A DNA stretch of 64,000 nucleotides from a bacterium (GTDB lineage Bacteria; Patescibacteriota; Minisyncoccia; Phycocordibacterales; UBA6065), in the NCBI GenBank assembly GCA_030680695.1, contig JAUXUT010000149.1, forward strand, positions 357,000-420,999, given 5' to 3'. Both the position numbers and the translations under genes were made by a program. This document shows positions 1 to 9,578 of this stretch, piece by piece; positions within the stretch are counted from its first letter, which is position 1; the number at the start of each line of letters is the position of its first letter. The notes below the pieces were generated by a model that had not been told where the DNA came from, did not search any database, and saw only the letters and a list, made by a program, of their open reading frames with translations.

Positions 1-565
1 CGATATCGGCCGGGTTTATCTCGACGTTCGTGTGTTTGCGGATCGGCAAAATAGCGATGGCCACGGTCGAGGTATGAACGCGACCCATTTTTTCTGTTTC
101 AGGAACACGTTGAACGCGATGAACGCCTGTCTCATAGCGGAGCTTTCGATACACATCGCGGCCGTGTATTTCCATAGACACTTCTTTGTATCCACCGACA
201 GATGCTCGGCTTTCATCAAGAAACGAAACCTGCCAGCCATTATTCTGTGCATATGCGCGGTACATGAGCGCGAGTTCCTCGGCAAATAATGCCGCCTCGT
301 CGCCACCCGCACCGGCACGGATTTCCATAATGAGCTCGTTCGGGAATTCTTCTTCCATTTTATCCGCAGCTTCAATTGCTTCAATCTGACGAACGACGTC
401 TTTCTTTTGTATGTCTATATTTTCAAGATCCGCGAGACCCATTTCAGCCATAGAGGTATCAGACGCCATAAGCGCCTTGAGTTCCGTTTCATCCTTCTCG
501 AGCTTCTCGTACATATCAGCGAGATAGGATGTCTTGTGATTCTGCTTGTATTTGGCTAAGTCCAT
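1..565 (-). CDS. prfA: peptide chain release factor 1, N-terminal ~188 aa (C-terminus lies beyond window start)
   Basis: Minus-strand frame from ATG at 565 runs off the window, so it is absent from the ORF track. Translation [11 protein letters not shown]...[24 protein letters not shown]...[28 protein letters not shown] matches RF1 (HRVQRVP-x-T region). Confidence 0.8.
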   Translation of the reverse strand, partial: [188 protein letters not shown]

Positions 566-586
566 GATGATTGTTTGAAAGTATAG

Positions 587-622
587 CAAAAAGAACCTGT
601 TCCCGAGGAACAGGTTCTTTTT
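587..622. terminator. symmetric rho-independent terminator between rpmE and prfA
   Basis: AAAAAGAACCTGTTCC-CGAG-GGAACAGGTTCTTTTT; perfect stem flanked by an A-run and a T-run (bidirectional). Confidence 0.6.
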
Positions 623-625
623 GCG

Positions 626-898
626 TTAAGCCTTCTTGGCCTTATTTGCTGACGATGCTGCGCTGCGGGCCTTGAACTTCTCGACGCGTCCAGCGGTGTC
701 GATAACAGTCTCGTTTCCAGTATAGAACGGATGTGAGGCCGATGAGATTTCGACAGTGTATAGAGGATATTCCTTGCCGTCCTCCCATTTGTCGTTCTCT
801 TTTGTGTCTACGGTAGAGCTTATCAAAAAGCGCACCTTAGACGAGTTGTCCTGGAAGATGACTGGGCGATAGTTCTTTGAATGTATGTCCTTTTTCAT
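626..898 (-). CDS. rpmE: 50S ribosomal protein L31 (type B, no CxxC)
   Basis: [13 protein letters not shown]...[23 protein letters not shown] is the L31 signature; the likely start is the MKKDIH ATG at 898 (ORF track starts at 907). Confidence 0.8.
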   Translation of the reverse strand: MKKDIHSKNYRPVIFQDNSSKVRFLISSTVDTKENDKWEDGKEYPLYTVEISSASHPFYTGNETVIDTAGRVEKFKARSAASSANKAKKA

Positions 899-907
899 GA
901 GGTTCAA

Positions 908-936
908 ACTATAGCGTACGAGTGTCCGAAAAGCAA
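908..936 (-). promoter_or_regulatory. sigma70-like promoter for rpmE (TTGCTT-17-TATAGT), giving a leaderless or near-leaderless mRNA
   Basis: Reverse complement reads cTTGCTTttcggacactcgtacgcTATAGTttgaacctcATG; the -10 element ends about 10 nt before the ATG. Confidence 0.45.
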
Positions 937-938
937 GA

Positions 939-960
939 AAGGGCGCACCATGGCGCCCTT
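939..960. terminator. hairpin terminator after the small KGG-repeat gene
   Basis: AAGGGCGCACCATGGCGCCCTT palindrome followed by a T-rich tract on the minus strand. Confidence 0.45.
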
Positions 961-973
961 TCAGGGACTGTTC

Positions 974-1125
974 TAGCTCTGTCCGCCCTTGCGTCCTGCT
1001 TCGCGCGCCCTTTCACGGTCGTTCGCGAAGTTGCCCGGGTTATTGTTCTGGCCCTGGTTCTGGCCGCGCTGATCTCCGTCACGATCATCTGCCATATTGT
1101 CACGATCGTTGTCGTTGTTAGCCAT
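974..1125 (-). CDS. small stress-induced protein with KGG / acidophilic repeats (50 aa)
   Basis: Unlisted ORF (under 60 aa): [50 protein letters not shown]. It is followed by its own hairpin. Confidence 0.45.
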
Positions 1126-1236
1126 ATATTTTATTGTGGTTTAGGTCTAAGCATTCCACAGGGGTGCGGTCATATCTGAGTGCCCTGCCTAGATAGTACG
1201 AGCGGCTTTGCGAAATCTTTCTGCCGCCAGGGCTCG

Positions 1237-2634
1237 CTAGCGACCGATTATGACGTTTATCATATTAGTTTGGATATTTGCTGCTTTTGCCATAACCTGA
1301 TCGCCGTAAAATACATTGGCTGGAACACGACCTGGTGTGCATTTGGTCCCTGAATAATAACGACAGGCAGCATCACGCTCATTTGTGTAACCCCCACCAC
1401 TCGCACCGCGGTCTGAAAGAAGAATAGCGGTCGCCATAATTGCGTGTTTTGGATCCCAAGGATTAGCCTGATCCCCTCTTATCCCAAAAGCTTTGCCAAC
1501 GCGATCCTTAATGAGTTCCCATGTGGACGGAATAAACTGAGTATAGCCCATGGCACCACCGAACCCGCGCCCTGAAAAGTACTTTGCTGACGGCGGACAT
1601 GACACGGGAGTAGATTTCCAGTCCTTATTGAGTCTTGTTGTTATAGAAATGAAAGGAACTGTGTCACGTGGTGCAAACATCACTCGCTCAAATGCCGTGC
1701 CCGAATTCATGCCTTTGCCGTCCCCTGTTACGCTATCAGTAACAAGACATCTTCCTATATTCTTTCCAAAATCGGTCTCTTGTTGAAAAATAGCAAGGAT
1801 GAACGCTGACCTTACGCCAGTTACTTTTGATGCGGCCTCCGCCGCATCGTAAGCATCCCCGAAAGGTACACCATCTCCTGCAACGAGCTCGAAAAGTGTT
1901 GCTCGGATTCTTGATATCTCCGCCTGCTTTCCAGCAACGTATTGTTGATACGTTTTAAGTTCGCCGTTCTTTATGGCAAGGAGCTGGGCCTGCTCGACTT
2001 TTTTCTTGTTAACGAGATTCTGATCTGCTTCAAGTGCCTTTCTTGCATCAGCCTCCTTTACCTTGCGATCTTCAAGTGTGGCTTTTTCCCCTTCAGTCTG
2101 GCTTTTGTATTCCCTAACCTCGTCCACCAGTGTGTTGAGCGAGCCTTTCAGTGTCTGAAACGAATCTACTTCAATAAAAAAATCTGACATCGCGCCGCGC
2201 TTGAGCAATATTTCTGGGAGCGATATAGCGTCGCTCTGGTCCGTACGGCGGATGAGATTGGCTAGAGACGCATGACTCCTGTCGAGCTTGCCCTCCAACT
2301 CGTTCACGGTATTTGCCTTACTACCAATGTCTTTGGTGAGCCCCTCGATGGTCAGAGTACGTAAACGAATCTTAGCCTGAAGAGCCTTAATCTCGGCATC
2401 GATGAGGGCGATAGCTTGTTCGATTGATGACTTCTGGCCTTGGATGCGGGTCACATCCTTGTTTAGGGCCTCTACCTCGGCCTGAAGACGCTTTTCTTCT
2501 TCACGAAGCTGGGCTTCATATGCGGCAGAAGACGACTGGGCGGTGGCCTGAAATGGCGCTGCAAAGCCCGACAGTATACCCAGGGCCGCCAAAAAAGCCA
2601 AAGTGAACGTCAAAGACTTCTTCATAGGCAGCAA
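1237..2634 (-). CDS. secreted coiled-coil protein with a C-terminal MltB/SLT_2-like lytic transglycosylase domain
   Basis: Signal peptide, long coiled coil, then GGAMGYTQFIPSTW ... ANPWDPKHAIMATAILL, which resembles the MltB-family catalytic region. Confidence 0.55.
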   Translation of the reverse strand: MLPMKKSLTFTLAFLAALGILSGFAAPFQATAQSSSAAYEAQLREEEKRLQAEVEALNKDVTRIQGQKSSIEQAIALIDAEIKALQAKIRLRTLTIEGLTKDIGSKANTVNELEGKLDRSHASLANLIRRTDQSDAISLPEILLKRGAMSDFFIEVDSFQTLKGSLNTLVDEVREYKSQTEGEKATLEDRKVKEADARKALEADQNLVNKKKVEQAQLLAIKNGELKTYQQYVAGKQAEISRIRATLFELVAGDGVPFGDAYDAAEAASKVTGVRSAFILAIFQQETDFGKNIGRCLVTDSVTGDGKGMNSGTAFERVMFAPRDTVPFISITTRLNKDWKSTPVSCPPSAKYFSGRGFGGAMGYTQFIPSTWELIKDRVGKAFGIRGDQANPWDPKHAIMATAILLSDRGASGGGYTNERDAACRYYSGTKCTPGRVPANVFYGDQVMAKAANIQTNMINVIIGR

Positions 2635-2698
2635 TTATATCACGGACGGGTCTTTCCAGACGAAAGAAAAAGAGGTCTTGTGACCTCTTTTTCTGGAG

Positions 2699-3364
2699 CT
2701 ATTTGTTGTCCTCGTCTGCGGCGGCTTCACCTTCAGCGCCTTCCTTGGCTTCCTTGCCCTTCTTCTCAACTTCGATAGCAGAAAGGTCTATTGGAGCTAC
2801 TGGTTCCTCTGGCTCGTCCTTAGGTTCGTATACAGATGCGACGATTTCTTCTGCACCAGTCGCGAGGGTAACGCCATGAGGAAGTTTAACGTCCTTGGCA
2901 GTAACAACAGACTTGAAATCAACGAGGCTGGTGATGTCTACCTCGATCTTGTGTGGCAAGTCCTTAGGGAGTGCCTCGACTTCGAGGTCATGGAGAACCT
3001 TAACAAGCGTTCCGCCGAGATCCTTGACTGCAGGGGCGACACCAACGAAATCAAGAGGTACACCGACCTTGAGGGTCTTGCCCTTCTCGAACACGTAGAA
3101 ATCTGCGTGCATTGGTTTGCTGGTGACCGGGTGGAGGTCGAGATCATGGATGAGAGACTCGACTTCGATGCCCTCGCCATTGAGGATAACCACGGTCGAT
3201 TCACCCGCAGCCTTGTAAGCCTTAATGAAATCGTTGACGGCGATGGATATAGGAGTCGATGCTTCCTTCTTGCCGTAAAACACTGCAGGCATCCTGCCGG
3301 ACTTGCGGAGTGCCGCGAGGTCTGCGTTAATGTCCCTTTTCTCTACGTTGAGCGTTATTGCCAT
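2699..3364 (-). CDS. rplY: 50S ribosomal protein L25 / general stress protein Ctc
   Basis: MAITLNVEKRDINADLAALRKSGRMPAVFYGK... matches the L25/Ctc N-domain, with an acidic C-tail. Confidence 0.8.
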   Translation of the reverse strand: MAITLNVEKRDINADLAALRKSGRMPAVFYGKKEASTPISIAVNDFIKAYKAAGESTVVILNGEGIEVESLIHDLDLHPVTSKPMHADFYVFEKGKTLKVGVPLDFVGVAPAVKDLGGTLVKVLHDLEVEALPKDLPHKIEVDITSLVDFKSVVTAKDVKLPHGVTLATGAEEIVASVYEPKDEPEEPVAPIDLSAIEVEKKGKEAKEGAEGEAAADEDNK

Positions 3365-3417
3365 AGGTTTCCTAGTATATACGGAACTTGAAAATTGTAA
3401 AGAAGGGCTGTACCTGG

Positions 3418-4251
3418 CTATGGCTTAAGCTTGTAGAATACCTTGTTGCCTGAATCGAGGCGCATATAATCGAGAGACGAGAGAAATGCCGTTGTCGAAG
3501 AGGCGATGGATCGGTCTGAAAGCACCGCGGCCAAATTTAGCAAGGTTGTGGAAAGGTCGTCAGATGTGTTCACTATAAGTCTGCCTCCCTGCCCAAGAAG
3601 CACGTCTATATATCCCGCATCCTTGAACCACACTTCGCGTGGGTCGACGCCTAGCTTTCCAAGTTCGCGCACAAAAAACTGCATGCGCCTGAAATCCTCG
3701 CTCGGTGCGACCTGCTTGCCTTCTGGCTCACCCATCGGCTCGCCACGATAAGCAATAACCGTCCTTGTAGAAGATCGGTCAAAGATAAGTCCGTTCTCGT
3801 CAACCGAAAAACATCCGACGTCCCTTCCGTCTAATGCGATATCGCCTTCACCATCCGAACACCATCGCGCATCTTCCTCTCGTTCCACGACATTTATCTC
3901 TATTTTTTTGAGCCATGAACGGTCAACGTCGACACTTTTCGCGGCAGGCAATGCTGCGACTGCGTTACGAATAGCTCGGCGTGGATACAAAAATGCATTG
4001 TTGCGAGAAAAAAGTCCGATGTAATTGCCAGACAGTTTCTCGTTGGCGATGGTCCGTATCGTTTCTGATTGGATGCGAGTGTTGCCCGAAACATCAATGA
4101 CTGACAAGGACATGAAATCTAGATGTGACAGCCAGGCCAAACCGAAAAACACGACGAGCGCAAGGGCGAGCCAGAGGATACCGGCCCACGTGAGACGCTT
4201 GCGCTTCCTCGCCTCGATGCCTTTCTGCGCTATCTTCACCTTACTGCGCAT
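3418..4251 (-). CDS. ftsQ: cell division protein FtsQ/DivIB (POTRA domain)
   Basis: N-terminal TM helix, then SVIDVSGNTRIQSETI...VDVDRSWLKKIEINVVEREEDARW in a POTRA-like pattern. Confidence 0.55.
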   Translation of the reverse strand: MRSKVKIAQKGIEARKRKRLTWAGILWLALALVVFFGLAWLSHLDFMSLSVIDVSGNTRIQSETIRTIANEKLSGNYIGLFSRNNAFLYPRRAIRNAVAALPAAKSVDVDRSWLKKIEINVVEREEDARWCSDGEGDIALDGRDVGCFSVDENGLIFDRSSTRTVIAYRGEPMGEPEGKQVAPSEDFRRMQFFVRELGKLGVDPREVWFKDAGYIDVLLGQGGRLIVNTSDDLSTTLLNLAAVLSDRSIASSTTAFLSSLDYMRLDSGNKVFYKLKP

Positions 4252-4264
4252 GGTATGGCGTAGA

Positions 4265-5527
4265 TTATGCCTTTATGCAATCTGAACCGAAGTATTTCTG
4301 GAGGACTTGCGGAATACGGACTGATCCGTCGGCGTTCTGGTTGTTCTCGATGAGTGACACGAGAATGCGTGGTGTTGGGATAGCGGTGCAGTTCAATGAA
4401 TGCGCATAGCGGAGCTTGCCTTCAGCGTCCTTATATCGAATGTTGAAACGCCTGCACTGAAAGTCATGGAAATAAGAAGCTGAGGAAATCTCGCGATACT
4501 TACCTTCTTTTGGAACCCAGAGATTGACGTCGTATTTCTTGACCTGACCGAGACCAAGGTCGCCACCACAGTTCGCCACGGTCTGGTATGGAATGCCGAG
4601 CGACTCGATGAATTCCTCGGTATTGCGGTTAATCTCCTCATGTAGGGCCACCGATGCCTCGTGGGATGCCTCGCAGAGCACGACTTGTTCGAGTTTGTAA
4701 AATTCGTGGACGCGGATGAGGCCTTTCACGTCTTTTGAATGGCTACCGGCTTCGCGGCGGAAACATGGCGAGAAGCCGAGATATTTTACCGGAAAAGTTT
4801 TTGCATCAAGAACCTCTTCACTGTGCATAGCCATGAGCGGTACCTCGGCAGTTCCTGCTAGAACATCGCCATCTTGAGTTGTATAAAAATCCTCAACGTC
4901 GCCGGGCAAGTGTGCTGTGCCGTATAGATTCTGCTTGCGGACAATGACTGGTGGAATAACAGGTGTGAATCCTTTTGCTGAAAAGAAGTCCATTGCGTAC
5001 TGCCAAATAGCGAACGAGAGACGTGCACCGGCGCCTGTGAGGAAATATCCTCGGAAACCGTGGACCTTTGCGCCACGTTCAAAATCAACCATTTTAAGGG
5101 CGGTCATAATCTCGACATGATCCTTGGCTGGGAAATCAAAAGCAGTTTTGTCGCCCCAAGCCTTTACTTCTTTATTATCTGCGTCGTTGTCACCATCAGG
5201 AACAGACATATCTGGTACATTCGGCACGGCGAGCATGAGGGCCTGCCATTCCTTCATTGTTTCTTTGAGCTTCTCTTCTTCTGCTTGAAGCTCGCCCTTG
5301 AGTTTCTTCATCGATTCGAGAAGTTCTGCCTTAAGAGCGGCGTCTACGGACGGAAGTTTTGCCGACACAGCGTTCTGCTCTGCCCTCTTGGCTTCAATCG
5401 ATGTAAGGAGCATTTTGCGGAGATCGTCGAGAGCGACGAGTGCATCAATATCAACATTGACGTGCTTCTTGATGGCGCCAGCCTTCACTATGTCTTTATT
5501 CTCGCGGATGAATTTGATGTCGAGCAT
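4265..5527 (-). CDS. serS: seryl-tRNA synthetase
   Basis: MLDIKFIRENKDIVKAGAIKKHVNVDIDALVALDD... coiled-coil N-arm plus class II core motifs over 420 aa. Confidence 0.9.
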   Translation of the reverse strand: MLDIKFIRENKDIVKAGAIKKHVNVDIDALVALDDLRKMLLTSIEAKRAEQNAVSAKLPSVDAALKAELLESMKKLKGELQAEEEKLKETMKEWQALMLAVPNVPDMSVPDGDNDADNKEVKAWGDKTAFDFPAKDHVEIMTALKMVDFERGAKVHGFRGYFLTGAGARLSFAIWQYAMDFFSAKGFTPVIPPVIVRKQNLYGTAHLPGDVEDFYTTQDGDVLAGTAEVPLMAMHSEEVLDAKTFPVKYLGFSPCFRREAGSHSKDVKGLIRVHEFYKLEQVVLCEASHEASVALHEEINRNTEEFIESLGIPYQTVANCGGDLGLGQVKKYDVNLWVPKEGKYREISSASYFHDFQCRRFNIRYKDAEGKLRYAHSLNCTAIPTPRILVSLIENNQNADGSVRIPQVLQKYFGSDCIKA

Positions 5528-5579
5528 GGGAGTTGATTGGTCTTGATGGTTTCTTTATCTGCCTTGAGTCGTAGAAGCG

Positions 5580-6536
5580 ATGAACCAATACTACAATAAA
5601 AGGCCTATGGATTCCATCTTCAATATACATAAAGTGCAACATGACATAAGAAAGGCCGATAGGTCCACCTGGGGCAAAGACCTGCCCCTGCTTGCACAAA
5701 TGACCTACCCACCGAGAGAGCTTTTCATTCGCGGCGAGGTTCCAGCCCAGGCCATCACGGCCGACGACGCACGTAACGGCAGTGGACACGTATATATGAC
5801 AATTGTTGGGTCGAGAAAGTTCACATCATACGGCAAAGAAGTATGCGAGACACTGATCAAGGGCCTGTGTGGGTTGCCTGTTGTCATAGTTTCTGGCCTT
5901 GCCTTGGGTATTGATTCGATTGCCCATCGCGCTGCGATTGATGCAGGGTTAAAAACTGTTGCCGTGCCAGGCTCGGGCATCGACGATGACAGTATATATC
6001 CAGCGTCCCATCTCACCCTTGCACAAAATATCCTCGAATCTGGCGGCGCCATCATCTCACCATTTCCGTCTGGTATGCGTGGCACCAATTGGATGTTCCC
6101 TACTCGCAATCGGATTATGGCTGGTATATCGCATGCGACGTTGGTCATTGAAGCGGACCTAAAATCTGGCACGTTGATAACGTCCAAACATGCGACCGAA
6201 TTTAATCGCGACGTATTCACAGTCCCAGGATCTATATTTTCGAATCAGAGCGCCGGACCGCATCAGCTGATGCGGTCCGGCGCGACGCCTATCGGCGATG
6301 TCGCCCAATTGCGGGAAGCTCTTGGATTTTCCGACGACGTTGGGCGTCCAGCCATGAACAGGAATCTCACCGATATCGAACTGCGCGTGCTTGCTGAACT
6401 TTCATCGCCAAAATCTATCGACTCGATTATTGAGACGCTTGGAATATCAGCGAGCGAGGCCAGCGTCGTTGTGTCGTCGCTCGAGATGAAGGGTATTGTG
6501 AAGACAGACGGCCAAATAGTAAGAATGGTTGACTAG
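5580..6536 (+). CDS. dprA: DNA processing protein DprA (Smf)
   Basis: VVIVSGLALGIDSIAHRAAIDAG...PGSGIDDDSIYPASH...ILESGGAIISPFP matches the DprA Rossmann core. Confidence 0.85.
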   Translation: MNQYYNKRPMDSIFNIHKVQHDIRKADRSTWGKDLPLLAQMTYPPRELFIRGEVPAQAITADDARNGSGHVYMTIVGSRKFTSYGKEVCETLIKGLCGLPVVIVSGLALGIDSIAHRAAIDAGLKTVAVPGSGIDDDSIYPASHLTLAQNILESGGAIISPFPSGMRGTNWMFPTRNRIMAGISHATLVIEADLKSGTLITSKHATEFNRDVFTVPGSIFSNQSAGPHQLMRSGATPIGDVAQLREALGFSDDVGRPAMNRNLTDIELRVLAELSSPKSIDSIIETLGISASEASVVVSSLEMKGIVKTDGQIVRMVD

Positions 6537-6548
6537 TGGTCAGCCAAA

Positions 6549-7142
6549 TTGTATTATCCGCTGGAACTTCTCTCTTCAACCCCCCCCCTTGTTCCTATGC
6601 ATATCTATATTGGATTGAGTAGCAGTCAGGTCTTCTCGGTTGTCCTTGGTCTGATTCTGCTGGTTGCGGCGATTGTGTTGGCCGTGATTAACCTCAAGCA
6701 AATCGCGGCAAACGGCAAAAAGCCACGTGTGACCATCAAGGTTCATACGCGGCTCGCCCACAGCAACTACAACGATTTGCCGTGTGACGTTTTCATCGTT
6801 CAGACACGGCCAGTCGGGGCAAATGGTGAACTCGTACGCGAGGCAATCGAACGGTCGGGGTACGCCTTCCCGAAGGAACTCATCACCGAATGGCTCACCA
6901 GTCATGCGTCGCTCCTACCTAAGGACGCGACGATTCTGGTCGAACTCAAACCACCCCAAGGCGACCAGAAAGCAGTGGTGACGGAAATCATCACTGACAT
7001 CGCCGGAAGGCCGTACCATGTCGGCACGATGGACTGCTTCCCGTCAGCGGACAGAGTATTTTACGCCGTCGTTGCGACAGAGGACGTCGCTGATACAATT
7101 CCGTATCGGTCAAAAAACAAATTGGTTCCGCATCGTGCGTGA
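6549..7142 (+). CDS. hypothetical membrane-anchored protein
   Basis: One N-terminal TM helix and no recognisable motif. Ends with a TGA stop. Confidence 0.35.
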   Translation: MYYPLELLSSTPPLVPMHIYIGLSSSQVFSVVLGLILLVAAIVLAVINLKQIAANGKKPRVTIKVHTRLAHSNYNDLPCDVFIVQTRPVGANGELVREAIERSGYAFPKELITEWLTSHASLLPKDATILVELKPPQGDQKAVVTEIITDIAGRPYHVGTMDCFPSADRVFYAVVATEDVADTIPYRSKNKLVPHRA

Positions 7143-7148
7143 CCGCGA

Positions 7149-7175
7149 GCCGCCCTTACCAGGCGGCTTTCATTT
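7149..7175 (+). terminator. terminator after the 6549-7142 gene
   Basis: GCCGCCCttaccaGGCGGC followed by tttcatttg. Confidence 0.45.
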
Positions 7176-7220
7176 GTCAAAACAGGACGCAACTATTCAT
7201 GCTTTATTCGTTTCAAAGAG

Positions 7221-7249
7221 TTGCTAATCTTTTCTAGCTCGTGTAATAC
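7221..7249 (+). promoter_or_regulatory. promoter for topA (TTGCTA-17-TAATAC)
   Basis: ttgctaatcttttctagctcgtgTAATAC, with the ATG at 7260 about 11 nt downstream of the -10 element. Confidence 0.35.
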
Positions 7250-7259
7250 TTGCCCACAT

Positions 7260-9521
7260 ATGAGCAAACTTCTCATCGTAGAGTCGCCGGCAAAAGCAAA
7301 AACAATCGGGAAGTATCTCGGCGACGAATATGTCGTTGTTGCATCGGTCGGCCATGTGCGCGACCTGCCGAAATCAAACAAAAAGGCCATCGATATGGAA
7401 AGCTTTACGCCCCATTACGTTGTGTCCGAAGGCAAGGAATCAGTTCTTGCCGATATCAAACGTCTCGCCAAAAAATCTGATGAGGTCTTGCTCGCAACCG
7501 ACCCCGACCGCGAGGGTGAGGCTATCGCATGGCACATCGCCGAAGCCGTAGAATTCGGTGACAAACCGGTACGCCGCGTGGTATTCAACGAAATAACCAA
7601 GGACGCGATTATTGAGGCCCTCAAAAGCCCGCGCGACATCGATCAGAACCTACGCCAGGCACAAGAGGCCCGCCGTGTCCTCGACCGCCTCGTCGGATAC
7701 GACCTTTCTGGCATCATTTGGCAAAAGGTTCGTTATGGATTGTCGGCGGGCCGTGTGCAATCCCCCGCTCTCCGCATCCTAGTCGAACGCGAACGAGAAA
7801 TAGAAGCTTTTAAACCGGAAGGTTATTTTACTATCGTCGCCGAGACAAAAGCCGACACAAAAACAAACAAGAATGAATCTGCGTCGCTTTCACTCACCTG
7901 TTCTGAAGAACCCCGCGACCAAAAAGAAGCCGGCCGAATAGTAACCGTCGGCAAGAAAGAAGTTTGGTCCGTCGCAGACGTACAGGAAACCGAAGCCAAG
8001 CGATCTCCTAAGGCACCATTCACTACATCAACCCTGCAACAGGCGGCTTCGACACGTCTTGGATTCTCGCCATCTCGAACAATGCGTGCCGCCCAAAAAC
8101 TCTATGAAGCTGGCCACATCACGTACATGCGAACCGACTCGACTAACCTTTCAAAACAAGCTGTCGCAAATATAGCAGGCACAATCGAAAAGTTGTTCGG
8201 CAAAGAACTCGTCGAAACGCGCGTATACGCTACGAAATCCAAAAATGCCCAGGAGGCTCACGAAGCTGTCCGCCCAACAGACGCAAACAAACGCGCGGCC
8301 GGATCAACTGATGACGAAAAAAGGTTGTATGGTCTCGTCTGGGCTCGCACCGTCGCGTCGCAAATGAAAGACGGCCGGGTCATGCGCACTAAAATACTCG
8401 CAAACATCGCTTCCAAATCCGTGCCAGATTTCCAGGCAAACGGTTCACGCACCATATACAAAGGATGGCTCGAAGCAGATCCGGCCGCACAAGGCGACGA
8501 CGTCGAATTGCCAAAAGTTTCGAAAGGCGACGCTCTTTCACTCGTCGACATCGTGGCCACCCAGAAATTCACCGAACCACCATCACGATATTCCGAGGCG
8601 GGCCTCGTCAAAGAGCTCGAATCACGCGGCATTGGTCGACCATCCACATACGCATCGATCATCAAGACGCTCGAAGACCGCGAATATGTGACCAAGGAAG
8701 GACGATCGCTCAAACCAACTGACACGGGCATGGTGGTAAGCTCGTTCCTCGAAGATAATTTTGGACAATATATAAGTGACACCTTCACCGCTGAAATGGA
8801 AGACAAGCTCGACGCCATCGCAGACGGTTCGATGGGATACGAGAAAACCCTCGCTGATTTCTATAAACCATTCAGCAAGGAAGTAAAAGCAAAAGAAAAA
8901 CTCGACAAAGCCACCACCCTCGGCGAGGCAGACCCTTCGATGAAATGTCCGAAGTGCGGCGGTTCCATGATCATCAAGCTCGGCCGATCAGGCAAATTCC
9001 TGTCCTGCGCCAAATACCCGGACTGTGACGGCGCCCTTATGTTGGATGGAACAGAAATGCCAAAAGACAAGGTCATCGGCGTTCATCCCGCGCACAACGT
9101 TCCGATCACGCTAAAGTCCGGAAAATACGGCCCGTATGTCGAAATCGAACTGCCACCAGATCCAGAACCTGTTCCTGTGGAAGGCGAAAAGAAAAAGCGA
9201 AAATCAAAAAAGGCTCCAAAACCAAAACTCCGTCGCGCATCTGTACCAAAGGAAGTAAAACCCGAAGAAGTCACCCTCGACCAGGCCGTGCATTACCTTT
9301 CATTGCCACGCCAGCTCGGCACTCATCCTAAAACACAAAAAGTCATCACTGCAAATATAGGCAGATTCGGCCCATACATCGTCCATGACGGCGATTTCCG
9401 CTCAATCAAAAAAGCGTCGGGCGACGATGTGTACAAGATAGGGCTTGATCGAGCTCTCGAGATGCTCAAAGAACCGAAGAAACCGCGAGGATTTAATAAG
9501 AAGAAAAAGCTTGACAAATAG
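7260..9521 (+). CDS. topA: DNA topoisomerase I
   Basis: MSKLLIVESPAKAKTIGKYLG...VGHVRDLP TOPRIM motif and a C-terminal Zn-ribbon (CPKCGG...CAKYPDCDG). The true start is the ATG at 7260; the ORF track over-extends to 7221. Confidence 0.9.
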   Translation: MSKLLIVESPAKAKTIGKYLGDEYVVVASVGHVRDLPKSNKKAIDMESFTPHYVVSEGKESVLADIKRLAKKSDEVLLATDPDREGEAIAWHIAEAVEFGDKPVRRVVFNEITKDAIIEALKSPRDIDQNLRQAQEARRVLDRLVGYDLSGIIWQKVRYGLSAGRVQSPALRILVEREREIEAFKPEGYFTIVAETKADTKTNKNESASLSLTCSEEPRDQKEAGRIVTVGKKEVWSVADVQETEAKRSPKAPFTTSTLQQAASTRLGFSPSRTMRAAQKLYEAGHITYMRTDSTNLSKQAVANIAGTIEKLFGKELVETRVYATKSKNAQEAHEAVRPTDANKRAAGSTDDEKRLYGLVWARTVASQMKDGRVMRTKILANIASKSVPDFQANGSRTIYKGWLEADPAAQGDDVELPKVSKGDALSLVDIVATQKFTEPPSRYSEAGLVKELESRGIGRPSTYASIIKTLEDREYVTKEGRSLKPTDTGMVVSSFLEDNFGQYISDTFTAEMEDKLDAIADGSMGYEKTLADFYKPFSKEVKAKEKLDKATTLGEADPSMKCPKCGGSMIIKLGRSGKFLSCAKYPDCDGALMLDGTEMPKDKVIGVHPAHNVPITLKSGKYGPYVEIELPPDPEPVPVEGEKKKRKSKKAPKPKLRRASVPKEVKPEEVTLDQAVHYLSLPRQLGTHPKTQKVITANIGRFGPYIVHDGDFRSIKKASGDDVYKIGLDRALEMLKEPKKPRGFNKKKKLDK

Positions 9522-9539
9522 GCCTCACGGGTGTATAAT
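9511..9539 (+). promoter_or_regulatory. perfect-consensus sigma70 promoter (TTGACA-17-TATAAT) overlapping the topA stop and firing antisense into the parB 3' end
   Basis: gcTTGACAAAtaggcctCACGGGTGTATAATTagggTATAAGct. The same module recurs at 37586 and 45133. Confidence 0.5.
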
Positions 9540-9578
9540 TAGGGTATAAGCTAGTTAAAACCCTGGTGCTTTAAGCCT